Shown here piece by piece: positions 23,996 to 33,581 of a DNA stretch of 64,000 nt. Origin of the DNA: a virus. The stretch is from the IMG/VR virus record IMGVR_UViG_3300044616_001452. The stretch is one strand, 5' to 3'. The position numbers and the translations under genes are program-made. The number at the start of each line of letters is the position of its first letter. The first letter of the stretch is position 1. The notes under the pieces were generated by a model. The model was not told the DNA's origin. It did not search any database and saw only the letters and a list, made by a program, of their open reading frames with translations.

Positions 23996-25595
23996 ATAAT
24001 GGCGCCAGATTTCTTCTAATTGCGTTTGTAAATATTTTGTCTCTATTTCTTGTATCTGCTACTTGAGATTGCTCATCAGTTGTGCTTAATGTTCTAGTTG
24101 TCGTTGCAATAGGTGGGCTTGCTCTTGTTTGTACTAAACGGGCATATTCCATTCTGGCTTGCTCATGCAATCTCATATTTTCTTTTTCCAGATCAGTAAG
24201 AGGTGCAAACGCACCTATAGAATTTTCAAGTGTTGTTAATGATTCTGGGCTAGCTGAACCATAGTCCATTTGTGGCACTTCATAATCATAGTTTTTCTTG
24301 TAATAATCGATTGCTTTTCTTAAATCAACTTCCTGTAAAACATCCTCTTCATCCAAATCCCTTCTCACTCCACTTTCTCTATATTTTTCAAGAAATTGAG
24401 TACGTTGAACACCTTTAAATTGTGACATATCAATGTATGGATCCTTCATGCTTGTCAAAGTTCTTTTGATTATTTCTTCTAAAGAAGGTATTTCAGCTTC
24501 ATTAATATCTGGTTCTTCGGCTATTTTTCTAACATTATCAAGCCCACCCATTTGCCTTATTTTGAACTTATTTTCAAAATCTTCTGGATCTTCATAGTAA
24601 CGATATAATGCTGCAATGGCTTTTGGTTTTGCTTTAGCCATTTCTGCCACTGCTTCATACCCACCTTTATCTGCAAAATCCCGTAAAGATGTAGCACCTT
24701 TCAGTAGACCCAATGCTCCTTGTGGAGTTAAATACTTATAATTGGGTATTTTTTCAGCCGCAAGTTTAACTAATTCATAAAGCATATAACCTAATGCTAT
24801 AGGACCAGCAGCTCTTAATAGTAATCTAAACAAAGGGAGAAAACGCAGTTTACTTATCCAAGACAATGCTTGTAGAACACCTTTGAGTAACTTTGAAATT
24901 AAAAATCTTACACCTGAAAGTATTGAACTCACTATCGAAGAAATTAGTGATTTTATTAAAGGTAAAATAAATGTTGTCAGTAGACTTGACAAAGTTGATA
25001 TTAATGATTTGAAAGCACCAAACATTGATGATAGTATAGGTAATAACCCCGACATTATTCCATCTTTTTTTTCTTCTTTCTCTGGAATAGCCCTTGTTTG
25101 AGTTGAAACACTATCAATAAAATTCTTTAATACAGACAGAAAATTTTTATGTCTTCTCTCACCTTCCATCTCTTTTTCTTCGGCAAATGCACGGTCTAAT
25201 TCTCTCCTCTTTGAATCTCGTTTATCTACCAACTGAAAAAAGGTAAGCATATCACTCAGAGTTCCAATTGATGTAGCATTTAATTTTTCACTTGTTTTTA
25301 CTGGGCGATTCATTCTAGAATATTTCTTTTTTGAACCAGCAAAATATTCAATATCTTTTGTTGATCTACCGGTCAATCTACCTACAGCAGCAGTGGCAAA
25401 CCTACTGCCTCCTGTCATGAATCTTGCAATGTTCATTGGATCAAATTTTTCTTTGATACCTGTAACCTTTGCTCTCATTTTCAAAGAAACAGATTTTGAA
25501 ATAGCGGATCCAACACCTCGCCCAGATACCATTCTAGACGTAATTAGAGATGTTAAACTTCTGCCTCGTATTTCTTTTGCTGATTGATAGTCCAT
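23994..25595 (-). CDS. baseplate hub / tape-measure-like protein (gp29-like)
   Basis: Helical, amphipathic/hydrophobic central segment; downstream of gp26/51-like locus. Confidence 0.55.
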   Translation of the reverse strand: MDYQSAKEIRGRSLTSLITSRMVSGRGVGSAISKSVSLKMRAKVTGIKEKFDPMNIARFMTGGSRFATAAVGRLTGRSTKDIEYFAGSKKKYSRMNRPVKTSEKLNATSIGTLSDMLTFFQLVDKRDSKRRELDRAFAEEKEMEGERRHKNFLSVLKNFIDSVSTQTRAIPEKEEKKDGIMSGLLPILSSMFGAFKSLISTLSSLLTTFILPLIKSLISSIVSSILSGVRFLISKLLKGVLQALSWISKLRFLPLFRLLLRAAGPIALGYMLYELVKLAAEKIPNYKYLTPQGALGLLKGATSLRDFADKGGYEAVAEMAKAKPKAIAALYRYYEDPEDFENKFKIRQMGGLDNVRKIAEEPDINEAEIPSLEEIIKRTLTSMKDPYIDMSQFKGVQRTQFLEKYRESGVRRDLDEEDVLQEVDLRKAIDYYKKNYDYEVPQMDYGSASPESLTTLENSIGAFAPLTDLEKENMRLHEQARMEYARLVQTRASPPIATTTRTLSTTDEQSQVADTRNRDKIFTNAIRRNLAPL

Positions 25596-25598
25596 TTT

Positions 25599-27269
25599 TT
25601 ATGCCACCATAGGATGATCGTGGATAGAAGTATTAATTCTTCTAACTATTGTTTTACTAGCCATTACATTTACATTGTTTATTACACCTTGCATTCCTGA
25701 ATCTGAAACACTCATACCATCGAATAAACGAGAAAGCTTTAATTCTGAGGATCCCTGGCTCAGAGTAGAACCTATTGTTCCTATATTTTCAGGATTTAAT
25801 GCTTTTTGTTCCCTTAGATTCACACGGTTTATCAGCCCTTGTATTAAGCCTGGTACTTGTTCAGGTGAAGTTGTGCCTATTTTAGTTTCAAATGCTCTTT
25901 TGATGTTTTCTGGATTTCTATCGAATTCAGACATTTTTCGAATGAATTCTTCAGGTGTTGATGCGCTTCTAGCATATCTCAAAGCATCTTCTTCAGCAAC
26001 ATATCCATATTGTGCTCTTCTATCTGCCATGTAAATCAATACACGCTCATCATTTGCCAATCTCTCTGGTAATTCTTTCAATAAACTATTTCTTAACGGA
26101 TTAAATATAGTATTTTCATACCATTGAATTTGCGCATTTAATAAATTTATATTATTTGTTTGCCCTAAAGCTTTCCATCTCTCATCAAATTCTTTAGAGC
26201 CAGGTTTCAGACCTTTCAAACCAAATTCTGGATATCTCGTAATAAAATCTTCTATCGAAGATGGGTTATTGGGTCTAGAACGTTTGGAGTTCATGCCAAA
26301 AATCCCATAAGATTTATAACCAGGTGAAGGGTCATTTTCTACAATTTGAGTTACAGGATTTTTTTCTCTTTTGCCGACTTCACCTTGAGCCGTCAACGAA
26401 GCAGCACGGCGAGCAGTTGGTGTAGCAGTCATTGGTGCGCTGCTTCTGGTAATTGGAACAGCAGTTGATTCCATTGCTTCTCTTAATGGATATGCTGTTA
26501 CCTCAGCCTGACGTTTATCAACTGGAGGTTGAATTTGTTCCGCTTTTGGTGGTTCTGGTGGCTTCTCTCCTTCAGGAGGAAAAGGTGTAGTTTCCATTCT
26601 AACATCAGAATCTTTTACTGTGCCTAGTTCCAAGTCACCTTGTGATATAGATTCGAAATCTTTTGCAAAGTATTGTCGTATGTTTTCATATTCTCTTTTG
26701 TAATCTATGTCATCAACTTCTTTTTTTGTTTTATTAAAAACTTCTGTGAATTGTTTTTGAATAGATTCAACCAAGTCAGTCTGCATACTATCTTTAGCCG
26801 ACGCCATTGCATCTTTGCCAAAAGTAAGTAAACCGATTGTACCACCTAACAATAATAAAGATGAAGGTAATCCTCCACCCATCGCTTTGCGAAAAAATGT
26901 TTTTCTTTTTACTTGTTTAGTCGCGCTGACAAATAGATTCACAATCTCTTTGTGTCTATTTTCTTCTTCACCCTTTTCTATTTCTTCGTTCAGGCGTTTG
27001 TACTGATAATCTTTTTCCTTCTTTTCTTCAATTTTTTGAAGTAGGGAATAAATTTCATTCAGTTTTTGATTGGCTTTATTTTCACCTAAACCCATTGCTC
27101 CCAATACTCGACTAAAAACACTTGACCCTTTAGGCTCAACAGATTTAGGTTTAAATTTATTTTTAAGACTTCCGGCGTAAGAGGATATAGGTGAATTTTC
27201 AACATCAGGTTTTTCCTTTTGTTGATTCATTGCTCCTTTTGGAGAAAGAAGATGTGCTATCTGAGGCAT
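25599..27269 (-). CDS. hub/tape-measure-like protein with putative lysozyme-like (VgrG3-C-like) domain
   Basis: Coiled coil, TM-like segment, Pro linker, then DPSPGYKSYGIFGMNS...LKPGSKEFDERWK. Confidence 0.55.
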   Translation of the reverse strand: MPQIAHLLSPKGAMNQQKEKPDVENSPISSYAGSLKNKFKPKSVEPKGSSVFSRVLGAMGLGENKANQKLNEIYSLLQKIEEKKEKDYQYKRLNEEIEKGEEENRHKEIVNLFVSATKQVKRKTFFRKAMGGGLPSSLLLLGGTIGLLTFGKDAMASAKDSMQTDLVESIQKQFTEVFNKTKKEVDDIDYKREYENIRQYFAKDFESISQGDLELGTVKDSDVRMETTPFPPEGEKPPEPPKAEQIQPPVDKRQAEVTAYPLREAMESTAVPITRSSAPMTATPTARRAASLTAQGEVGKREKNPVTQIVENDPSPGYKSYGIFGMNSKRSRPNNPSSIEDFITRYPEFGLKGLKPGSKEFDERWKALGQTNNINLLNAQIQWYENTIFNPLRNSLLKELPERLANDERVLIYMADRRAQYGYVAEEDALRYARSASTPEEFIRKMSEFDRNPENIKRAFETKIGTTSPEQVPGLIQGLINRVNLREQKALNPENIGTIGSTLSQGSSELKLSRLFDGMSVSDSGMQGVINNVNVMASKTIVRRINTSIHDHPMVA

Positions 27270-27466
27270 TATTTAAATTTTCTTTCGTTTTGTCTTTGTT
27301 TTATTTTTAAATTTTCTTCCTCAATATATTGTATAAGCATTGCGACGTAAACATCTCTCTCCCACGGTATCATATTCTCAAGTTCCGTAAGACTATATTT
27401 ATGGTGTTGCATCAAAGAAAAATTAGTTCTATAATAATTTTTCAGATTGTCATGACAAAAGGTTAG
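27269..27466 (-). CDS. 51: gp51-like C-terminal segment, in -1 frame relative to gp26-like gene (first ATG only at 27412)
   Basis: HDNLKNYYRTNFSLMQHHKYSLTELENMIPWERDVY read manually; TAATG coupling to next gene. Confidence 0.85.
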   Translation of the reverse strand, partial: LTFCHDNLKNYYRTNFSLMQHHKYSLTELENMIPWERDVYVAMLIQYIEEENLKIKQRQNERKFK

Positions 27467-28188
27467 CCGAAAAAATTTTCGAGCCCTTGAACATCAATGT
27501 TATGTTGAAATGAACATTTCGAGCACTTTATTTCTATTTTCTTTTCCAGTTTAGGCATATCAGAAAAAAACTCCTCGATTTTCTGAAACTGCTGTTGATT
27601 TAAATTTTCAATAAATTCAACCATTTCTTTCTGTGAGACTTCATTACCATAATAATATTGTTCTCCATCATATATGTACTCTACACATTCAGCAATCATT
27701 TCAAAAGCAACATCAGAAACATTATCCATTTGAGTTATTTTTTTCAATACAGAATATTCTGGATATCTAAGTTTGATTGTAATATCATCCGTCAATTGAA
27801 TCAAACTCTTGTCGTTTTCCGGCATCTCAACTTTAATATCTAAAATATTTAAAGAAGTTTTCATCACATTATTACATATTTCACCATTTACTTCATTATT
27901 GCATTTATAACTATTTTCAATTAATTCACCCACAGACCTAGCTCTAAGATTTAAAAAATAATATTCAACATCAATCACTGGTAATTTTTCAATATTGATG
28001 CCTTCGGTTATTGTGCAATTCGTTAAGACCTGTTTGACATTTTTTTCAATAGAATCTTTATCGTCGGCTTCCATGGCCATTAAAAGATTTTTTTGTTCTT
28101 TCACCAAAAATGGTCTAAATCTAATTTGTTTGTTGGATAATGGTAATGTCAAATCATAAATTGGTGTATCAATTTTTGGTAAAGCCAT
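27463..28188 (-). CDS. 26: baseplate hub assembly protein gp26-like
   Basis: MALPK..P.Y.L.LP...FRPFLVKE, LRARSVGE, CSKC, GLENFF. Confidence 0.9.
   Translation of the reverse strand: MALPKIDTPIYDLTLPLSNKQIRFRPFLVKEQKNLLMAMEADDKDSIEKNVKQVLTNCTITEGINIEKLPVIDVEYYFLNLRARSVGELIENSYKCNNEVNGEICNNVMKTSLNILDIKVEMPENDKSLIQLTDDITIKLRYPEYSVLKKITQMDNVSDVAFEMIAECVEYIYDGEQYYYGNEVSQKEMVEFIENLNQQQFQKIEEFFSDMPKLEKKIEIKCSKCSFQHNIDVQGLENFFG
27469..27478 (-). other. putative -1 ribosomal frameshift slippery site (A AAU UUU UUC)
   Basis: Two overlapping X XXY YYZ heptamers just before the gp26-like stop. Confidence 0.7.
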
Positions 28189-28210
28189 ATTTTAAACTCC
28201 ATTTTTATAA

Positions 28211-28945
28211 TCATCGTTCAGGAACAGGGAAAGCTACAGCACTAGATAGGGGAGTAATTTCTGCATAAGGTCTTTCTGCAACAGAAGACACCTGCACATC
28301 AGTAGTTATTGTTTCAACAGGAGGTACAACACCAGATAATGAATCCTGCCCTAAATTACTTGGAAGTATTGGTGGTATATTCTGATAAATCTGGTTTTCT
28401 AAGAATTCCATCGTGAGATTTTCAAGAGAATTGTTTCTCCAATTGGTATATGCAAAAGTCACAGTAAGTTTATGATAGCCATCGGATTGCCAATCTAACG
28501 ATAAAGGATTTACTGCAACGGGAAATGCATCCATCAAATCAACGGAATATGTGTTTTTGTTTGCAACATCATATTGATTTATTCTAATAATTGCTGTATA
28601 ATCAGCCTTATATTTTATATCATAACTATATGAGGGGTTTATCCAGTTCAACCATGCATCAAACAACTTCTTTTCTCTCATGTCATCACCAACAATGAAA
28701 GTCAAAGAAATGTCACTATATGAAGTCATGTATGGAAATTTTTCTTCGACACCATAAATTTTCATGTTCGTTGTAGCAATGGTTCTACCTGGCAATTCTG
28801 CCGCCTCACATCGAAGATTCAATCTTCTAACCAGCCCAATGTATGGCACCAATCCTATTGGTACAGGGACAATTACATCAAATCTATTAGGTCTAGCTAC
28901 ATCAGTAGAAAAGCTTGACTTAAATTGAGATATGGATCCAGCCAT
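28211..28945 (-). CDS. tail-tube-fold baseplate protein (gp54/gp19-like)
   Basis: ARPNRF.V, CEAAELPG, AFPVAVN...LTVTFAY. Confidence 0.8.
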   Translation of the reverse strand: MAGSISQFKSSFSTDVARPNRFDVIVPVPIGLVPYIGLVRRLNLRCEAAELPGRTIATTNMKIYGVEEKFPYMTSYSDISLTFIVGDDMREKKLFDAWLNWINPSYSYDIKYKADYTAIIRINQYDVANKNTYSVDLMDAFPVAVNPLSLDWQSDGYHKLTVTFAYTNWRNNSLENLTMEFLENQIYQNIPPILPSNLGQDSLSGVVPPVETITTDVQVSSVAERPYAEITPLSSAVAFPVPER

Positions 28946-29544
28946 TAGTATACCCTACTTTTTATTTTATTAATTGATTCTTTGTAAATTTTCTGAGGTG
29001 TTGCACCCTTGAAAATTGCTGTCGGTAAAAATAATGCAGTTTCCCACTCATTTGGATATATTGGTACTATCCTTGTTTTAATTTGTGACTTCAAATAATG
29101 CTTGATGCAAGGTTTGAATTCTCTGTAATTTCTTGTAGCATTCAATATTTCATATGTAACTCTAAGTCTCTTAGGATCATCATCTTTGTCTAAAATGGCA
29201 AAATTCATGAGTTTATCCATGAATGCTGCTCTGTATCTCGGTGGCAAATAATGCAAATTCAGCCCTAAAAAACCATCATTCATAGGCTGAAGCGGTATCA
29301 CCAACGGAAACATATCATAGTAAGGCAGTTCAGCTTTCGTTAAAGGATCGTAAAAAAAGTGGTATAAACCACCCATTACAAACCTACCTTTTCGGCTTTT
29401 ATCGTTCACTATCTCTTTTGCCAGATTTACAGGCGATTTTAATTCTTTTATTTTGCCCTGAAACCATGTGAAAGACTGTCTGGATAAGAATTCTTGATCC
29501 AGAGCAGTTCTTTCGGTAGCTAATTGAGTAAGTGTGGAAGCCAT
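28945..29544 (-). CDS. 2: DNA end protector gp2-like
   Basis: YDP..K..LPYYD.FPLV, GLNLHYLPP, PCIKHYL. Confidence 0.92.
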   Translation of the reverse strand: MASTLTQLATERTALDQEFLSRQSFTWFQGKIKELKSPVNLAKEIVNDKSRKGRFVMGGLYHFFYDPLTKAELPYYDMFPLVIPLQPMNDGFLGLNLHYLPPRYRAAFMDKLMNFAILDKDDDPKRLRVTYEILNATRNYREFKPCIKHYLKSQIKTRIVPIYPNEWETALFLPTAIFKGATPQKIYKESINKIKSRVY

Positions 29545-29548
29545 GCCA

Positions 29549-29556
29549 TATTTATG
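29549..29556 (-). promoter_or_regulatory. late promoter CATAAATA immediately upstream of gene 2
   Basis: 4 nt from the ATG, no SD. Confidence 0.55.
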
Positions 29557-31320
29557 TTAGAATCGGTATGCGATTAAATCGTAGCCATCGATGAACGTTT
29601 TGTAGCCCTTTTGATTCATCACATATTCCATGTATACGGCGTTTGTGTATGTAATGTGAGCAATTTCGACTTTTATGAGGCTCGGATTCACAACACCGTC
29701 CATCTGCATGAAAATCTTAAAATCATAACCCTCCGTGTCAATTTGAACGAAGTCTACGTCATGTAAATTGTGTTTTTCGACCAGACTTTTCAGTTTCATT
29801 GTTCGTATTTTTTCTTTTACCATCATTGGAACAATATAATCAATATGTTTTTCCGGTGTTAAGGTTGAACAACCGTCAGCCCATTCTGGTGCACCTTCTG
29901 TTCCCGGTGGTACTCGGTGAATATAATCTTCACCATCTTGTTCCGTAATAGCGGCACATTCAAAATCAAGCCCATATTTCTGACTGTAATTATCGACAAG
30001 CTTTTCAAACATATCAGGCAGAGGTTCTACTAGAACACCTTCCCAATCGAAACACATGATGTAAGAATTCAAATCATCATGGCTGACTCCATCCATGGCA
30101 CCGATTTGAAGAAATTTTAATTTCCCATCTTTAATTTCATTATACCATGTCAAAACTTCTTTGAATGTTTTTGGATTTTTTGGTTGTTTTTTTGTGAGCC
30201 ATTCCAGTTCTGTTCTTTCAGGCCTTTCAGTGTACCAGCCTGTACCTTTTGATACGTTAATAATTGATTCAAAATACTCACGATACATTTTGCCAATTTT
30301 CTTGAAATTATAATTTTCGGCTGCCCATTCACGACATGCATGAGGAGAAATTGTTGTGATATTTTTGGCTGCCCACAAAAATTGCTCGAAAGTTCTACAG
30401 CGATAACCTGTGACACCGTGTTGTACGGTTTCTGTGAAAGCACCCCAATCGACAGTGATCACTGGAGTTCCGGAAAGCATTGCTTCGATTGCCACATAGC
30501 CAAAAGGTTCGTTGTAAATTGTCGGGCAAAATAGACCCATAGCTTCAGACATGAGTTTTTTGCGTGTTTCTATGTCAGCATAGCCGACATACTTAACATG
30601 TTTCGGCCATTCATTTCCTAAATTACAATCACTAGGGCCATGTGTTGTACCAGCAAGTATTAGTTTTTTACCTATTTTTTCTGTCACTTGTGCAGCAATA
30701 TCAACTCCTTTTGACCACACCATTCTACCACACATTAGAAAATAATCTTGTTTACCAGACCAATCTTTAAAATCGAACTCGGATAGATCGAATCCTGAAG
30801 GAATAACCGCATCGTAAAATTTATAGTTTGCGGTTGAAACATTTTCTGGGCCTTGTAACCCATGCATCACCGCATACGATTCGTATACTTTGTAAGGTGC
30901 GAATTGGGAAGGATAACCAATGCTTGGTTCAACACAAAGAAGATCGGAATGCGCATCACAAACAGGTTTTTGTGCTATACCAAAAAAACAAAGAATAATA
31001 TCGTGAGGTTGTTTTCTTTTTGCTATTTCTTTAATACAATTATCATTAAAAGTCTTAAAAACTTCATCTTCTTGATTATATTTTAATCCTTGATTTTTCC
31101 AATCATAAATTCCGTAAACTTTTTCAAGTAGAGCTTGTGTGGTTACCGTGACATGTTCATCACATTCGACCTGCGAGTCTTCATGCCCATAGTGAATCAC
31201 GTGCATACCTTCTTCTTTGAACATTTTACAGAAATTAATTACTTTCTGAGTGAATGCGCAAACCGTATATTCTTTTGTTGATGCGGTATGAGGCACCGCC
31301 AATACATGTAGTCTAATCAT
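29557..31320 (-). CDS. GT4-like glycosyltransferase fused to FkbM-family methyltransferase
   Basis: GRMVWSKG, EPFGYVAIEAMLSGTPVI; then QIGAMDG, VLVEP, QIDTEGYD. Confidence 0.9.
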   Translation of the reverse strand: MIRLHVLAVPHTASTKEYTVCAFTQKVINFCKMFKEEGMHVIHYGHEDSQVECDEHVTVTTQALLEKVYGIYDWKNQGLKYNQEDEVFKTFNDNCIKEIAKRKQPHDIILCFFGIAQKPVCDAHSDLLCVEPSIGYPSQFAPYKVYESYAVMHGLQGPENVSTANYKFYDAVIPSGFDLSEFDFKDWSGKQDYFLMCGRMVWSKGVDIAAQVTEKIGKKLILAGTTHGPSDCNLGNEWPKHVKYVGYADIETRKKLMSEAMGLFCPTIYNEPFGYVAIEAMLSGTPVITVDWGAFTETVQHGVTGYRCRTFEQFLWAAKNITTISPHACREWAAENYNFKKIGKMYREYFESIINVSKGTGWYTERPERTELEWLTKKQPKNPKTFKEVLTWYNEIKDGKLKFLQIGAMDGVSHDDLNSYIMCFDWEGVLVEPLPDMFEKLVDNYSQKYGLDFECAAITEQDGEDYIHRVPPGTEGAPEWADGCSTLTPEKHIDYIVPMMVKEKIRTMKLKSLVEKHNLHDVDFVQIDTEGYDFKIFMQMDGVVNPSLIKVEIAHITYTNAVYMEYVMNQKGYKTFIDGYDLIAYRF

Positions 31321-31754
31321 TTTATTCCTAAATCATGTTCAGTTAATACTTTAAAAGCCCAACCTCGATCTAAACAAAATTCTGTGGCGGCTTTCCACTT
31401 CGCTTCATTTATACCCCAAGTCACAACTTCATTGATATATTGTTTCGTGACCTTTTTTCTTTTTTCTGGAGGTTTTGTCTGTTTTGCTGGCTTAATTTCC
31501 AATATCATGACCTTAATTGTATCATCTTTCTGTTTAACTTTCACGTAAAAATCTGGAAAATAACGGTGTATTTTGTTGTCAACTGGTGATCGGTACGGTA
31601 TGGAAAACTCTTCGGAACCCCATTCTAAAATAGATTCATTTTGGTCGAGCCAATTCATCACCCGACACTCCCAACTAGAGCGGTAGATGATATTTGAAGG
31701 TTCCCCTCTATATTTTTGAGGGTTTTTTGGTAAAAATCTGCCAGAGTATGCCAT
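31317..31754 (-). CDS. 4: head completion nuclease gp4-like
   Basis: YSGRF.PKNPQKYRG, YRSSWE, HRYFPDF, EIKP, NEAKW. Confidence 0.95.
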   Translation of the reverse strand: MAYSGRFLPKNPQKYRGEPSNIIYRSSWECRVMNWLDQNESILEWGSEEFSIPYRSPVDNKIHRYFPDFYVKVKQKDDTIKVMILEIKPAKQTKPPEKRKKVTKQYINEVVTWGINEAKWKAATEFCLDRGWAFKVLTEHDLGIK

Positions 31755-31761
31755 ATAAATA
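31754..31761 (+). promoter_or_regulatory. T4 late promoter TATAAATA for the baseplate operon (divergent region)
   Basis: Exact consensus 32 nt before gp48-like ATG. Confidence 0.8.
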
Positions 31762-31793
31762 TATATACATCACTTCTTAAAAAAGAAAACACT

Positions 31794-32948
31794 ATGCCTA
31801 TATCTATCCCGACCAATATAGCTGGTATCTCAATACCAACCGATGCCGCTAATGGTCCTCTAGCGGCATTATACGGAAACAAATACAAAATTCAAGGATT
31901 AAAGTATCCAAGAGATTTGGGTTCTAATCCTTCTAGAAATCATGTGATAAAATTCGACATTTATGCCAAAATTCCGGTTAATCTTGAAATGGTTCAGAAT
32001 GCAACAACTAATGTTTTAGAAACTGGTGGAGGGGTTGTAACAAACGTTCAACGGGCAGCAGGTACGGAAACAGATCCATTGGAAAGAAGTCGAGCCACAG
32101 CAATAGCGGCGGCTGGAGGTATACAAAAAATTGGAGGTTCTGTTGCAAATCTGGCCAAAACAGCCATTGCAGGAAACGGATCAAAAAGATATATCACAAG
32201 CATTTTCCTATATGTTCCAGACACATTAAATGTTAACTATAATTCAACTTATGACGATATCAGTATCACTGATTCATTAGGTAAAGCCTATTTTATTGCG
32301 CAGGCTGGTGCATCTTTGACAGACTTTGCTTTAGAAGGTTTGCGAGGAGGTTCGGCTTCAAACCTTGGAAATAAAATTTTAACCGATCCTGCATTAAGAT
32401 ATATGGGATTGAATGCATTAGGAAATAAAGTCGGAATGTCAAATTTAGGTGATTTGGCATTACAAGGGGTGAATAAAGCTATAAACCCTCAACTTCAGGT
32501 AATGTTTAGAGGTGTTGGATTTAGAACATTTCAGTTCGATTTTCTTTTAACACCGTATAACAAAAAAGAAGCAGACGATATTAAAAAAATAATACATCTT
32601 TTTAAGTTTCATTCTGCACCTAGAATCTCAAAGGGGAACCAATATACAGGTCCCGAAAATGAAGCTGGTTATGGTATTGAAGGGCTTAATGGGGGATTCA
32701 TACCAAACTCTCTAGGATCACCTTTTTTTGAAGTTCCTGAAACTTTTGAAATTGACTTTATGTACAAGGGAGCAAGAAATCCTAATGTAAATAGAATAGC
32801 CGAGTCTGTTCTAACTTCAGTGAACGTTGATTATGCACCAACAGGTTGGGCAACACATAATGAAGGTGCACCGGTTCAAACTAGACTAACATTGCAGTTT
32901 CAAGAAATACAAATCATCGATAAATCAAAAATTGTTGAAGGTTACTAA
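31794..32948 (+). CDS. 48: baseplate tail-tube cap gp48-like
   Basis: LKYP, INP....FRG..FRTFQFDF.L.P, SVNVDYAP, LQFQE. Confidence 0.85.
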   Translation: MPISIPTNIAGISIPTDAANGPLAALYGNKYKIQGLKYPRDLGSNPSRNHVIKFDIYAKIPVNLEMVQNATTNVLETGGGVVTNVQRAAGTETDPLERSRATAIAAAGGIQKIGGSVANLAKTAIAGNGSKRYITSIFLYVPDTLNVNYNSTYDDISITDSLGKAYFIAQAGASLTDFALEGLRGGSASNLGNKILTDPALRYMGLNALGNKVGMSNLGDLALQGVNKAINPQLQVMFRGVGFRTFQFDFLLTPYNKKEADDIKKIIHLFKFHSAPRISKGNQYTGPENEAGYGIEGLNGGFIPNSLGSPFFEVPETFEIDFMYKGARNPNVNRIAESVLTSVNVDYAPTGWATHNEGAPVQTRLTLQFQEIQIIDKSKIVEGY

Positions 32949-33577
32949 TGTTTTACTTCAATACACTACCAAAAATAATAACGCCAGACGAAAATGGTAA
33001 TTCAATATTACTTACAAATTTGGTAACGAGAGCCAGATTAATTGAACAATTACAAAATAATCCAATGCTCTTTTATGAATATGCAATTCAAGACGGTGAT
33101 ACTCCTGAAATAATTGCAGAAAAATATTATGGCGACCCGTTTCGTTATTGGATTATTTTGCTTTCAAATGAAATTTTTGACCCATTATGGGACTGGCCTC
33201 TGTCAGATCAAATGTTTTTACAGTACATTGATACGAAATATGCAACAGAAGCGGAAGACGCAGGGCAAACTCCTTTTGAATATACAAATACAACAATTTA
33301 CAAATATGAAAAAATAATCACTACAACAAACTCAGTATCAGGTGATGAAAATGTAGTAAAAGTATCTATCACACAAACACAGTACAATGCTCTTTCACCA
33401 TCTTCAACAACATTCAGTCTTCCCGATGGCACTTGTACAATAGATATCACAAAAGAACAAATTACTATTTTTGATTATGAATCCGATTTAAATCAGAGCA
33501 GAAGACAAATAAAAATACTAAACAATTCATATGTCGATGAAATGGAAAGAGTATTTAAAGATGTTATGGGGTCTTAA
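32948..33577 (+). CDS. 53: baseplate wedge gp53-like (LysM-like)
   Basis: IQDGDTPEIIAEKYYG..YWIILL.N..DP..DWP. Confidence 0.92.
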   Translation: MFYFNTLPKIITPDENGNSILLTNLVTRARLIEQLQNNPMLFYEYAIQDGDTPEIIAEKYYGDPFRYWIILLSNEIFDPLWDWPLSDQMFLQYIDTKYATEAEDAGQTPFEYTNTTIYKYEKIITTTNSVSGDENVVKVSITQTQYNALSPSSTTFSLPDGTCTIDITKEQITIFDYESDLNQSRRQIKILNNSYVDEMERVFKDVMGS

Positions 33578-33581
33578 TTAG

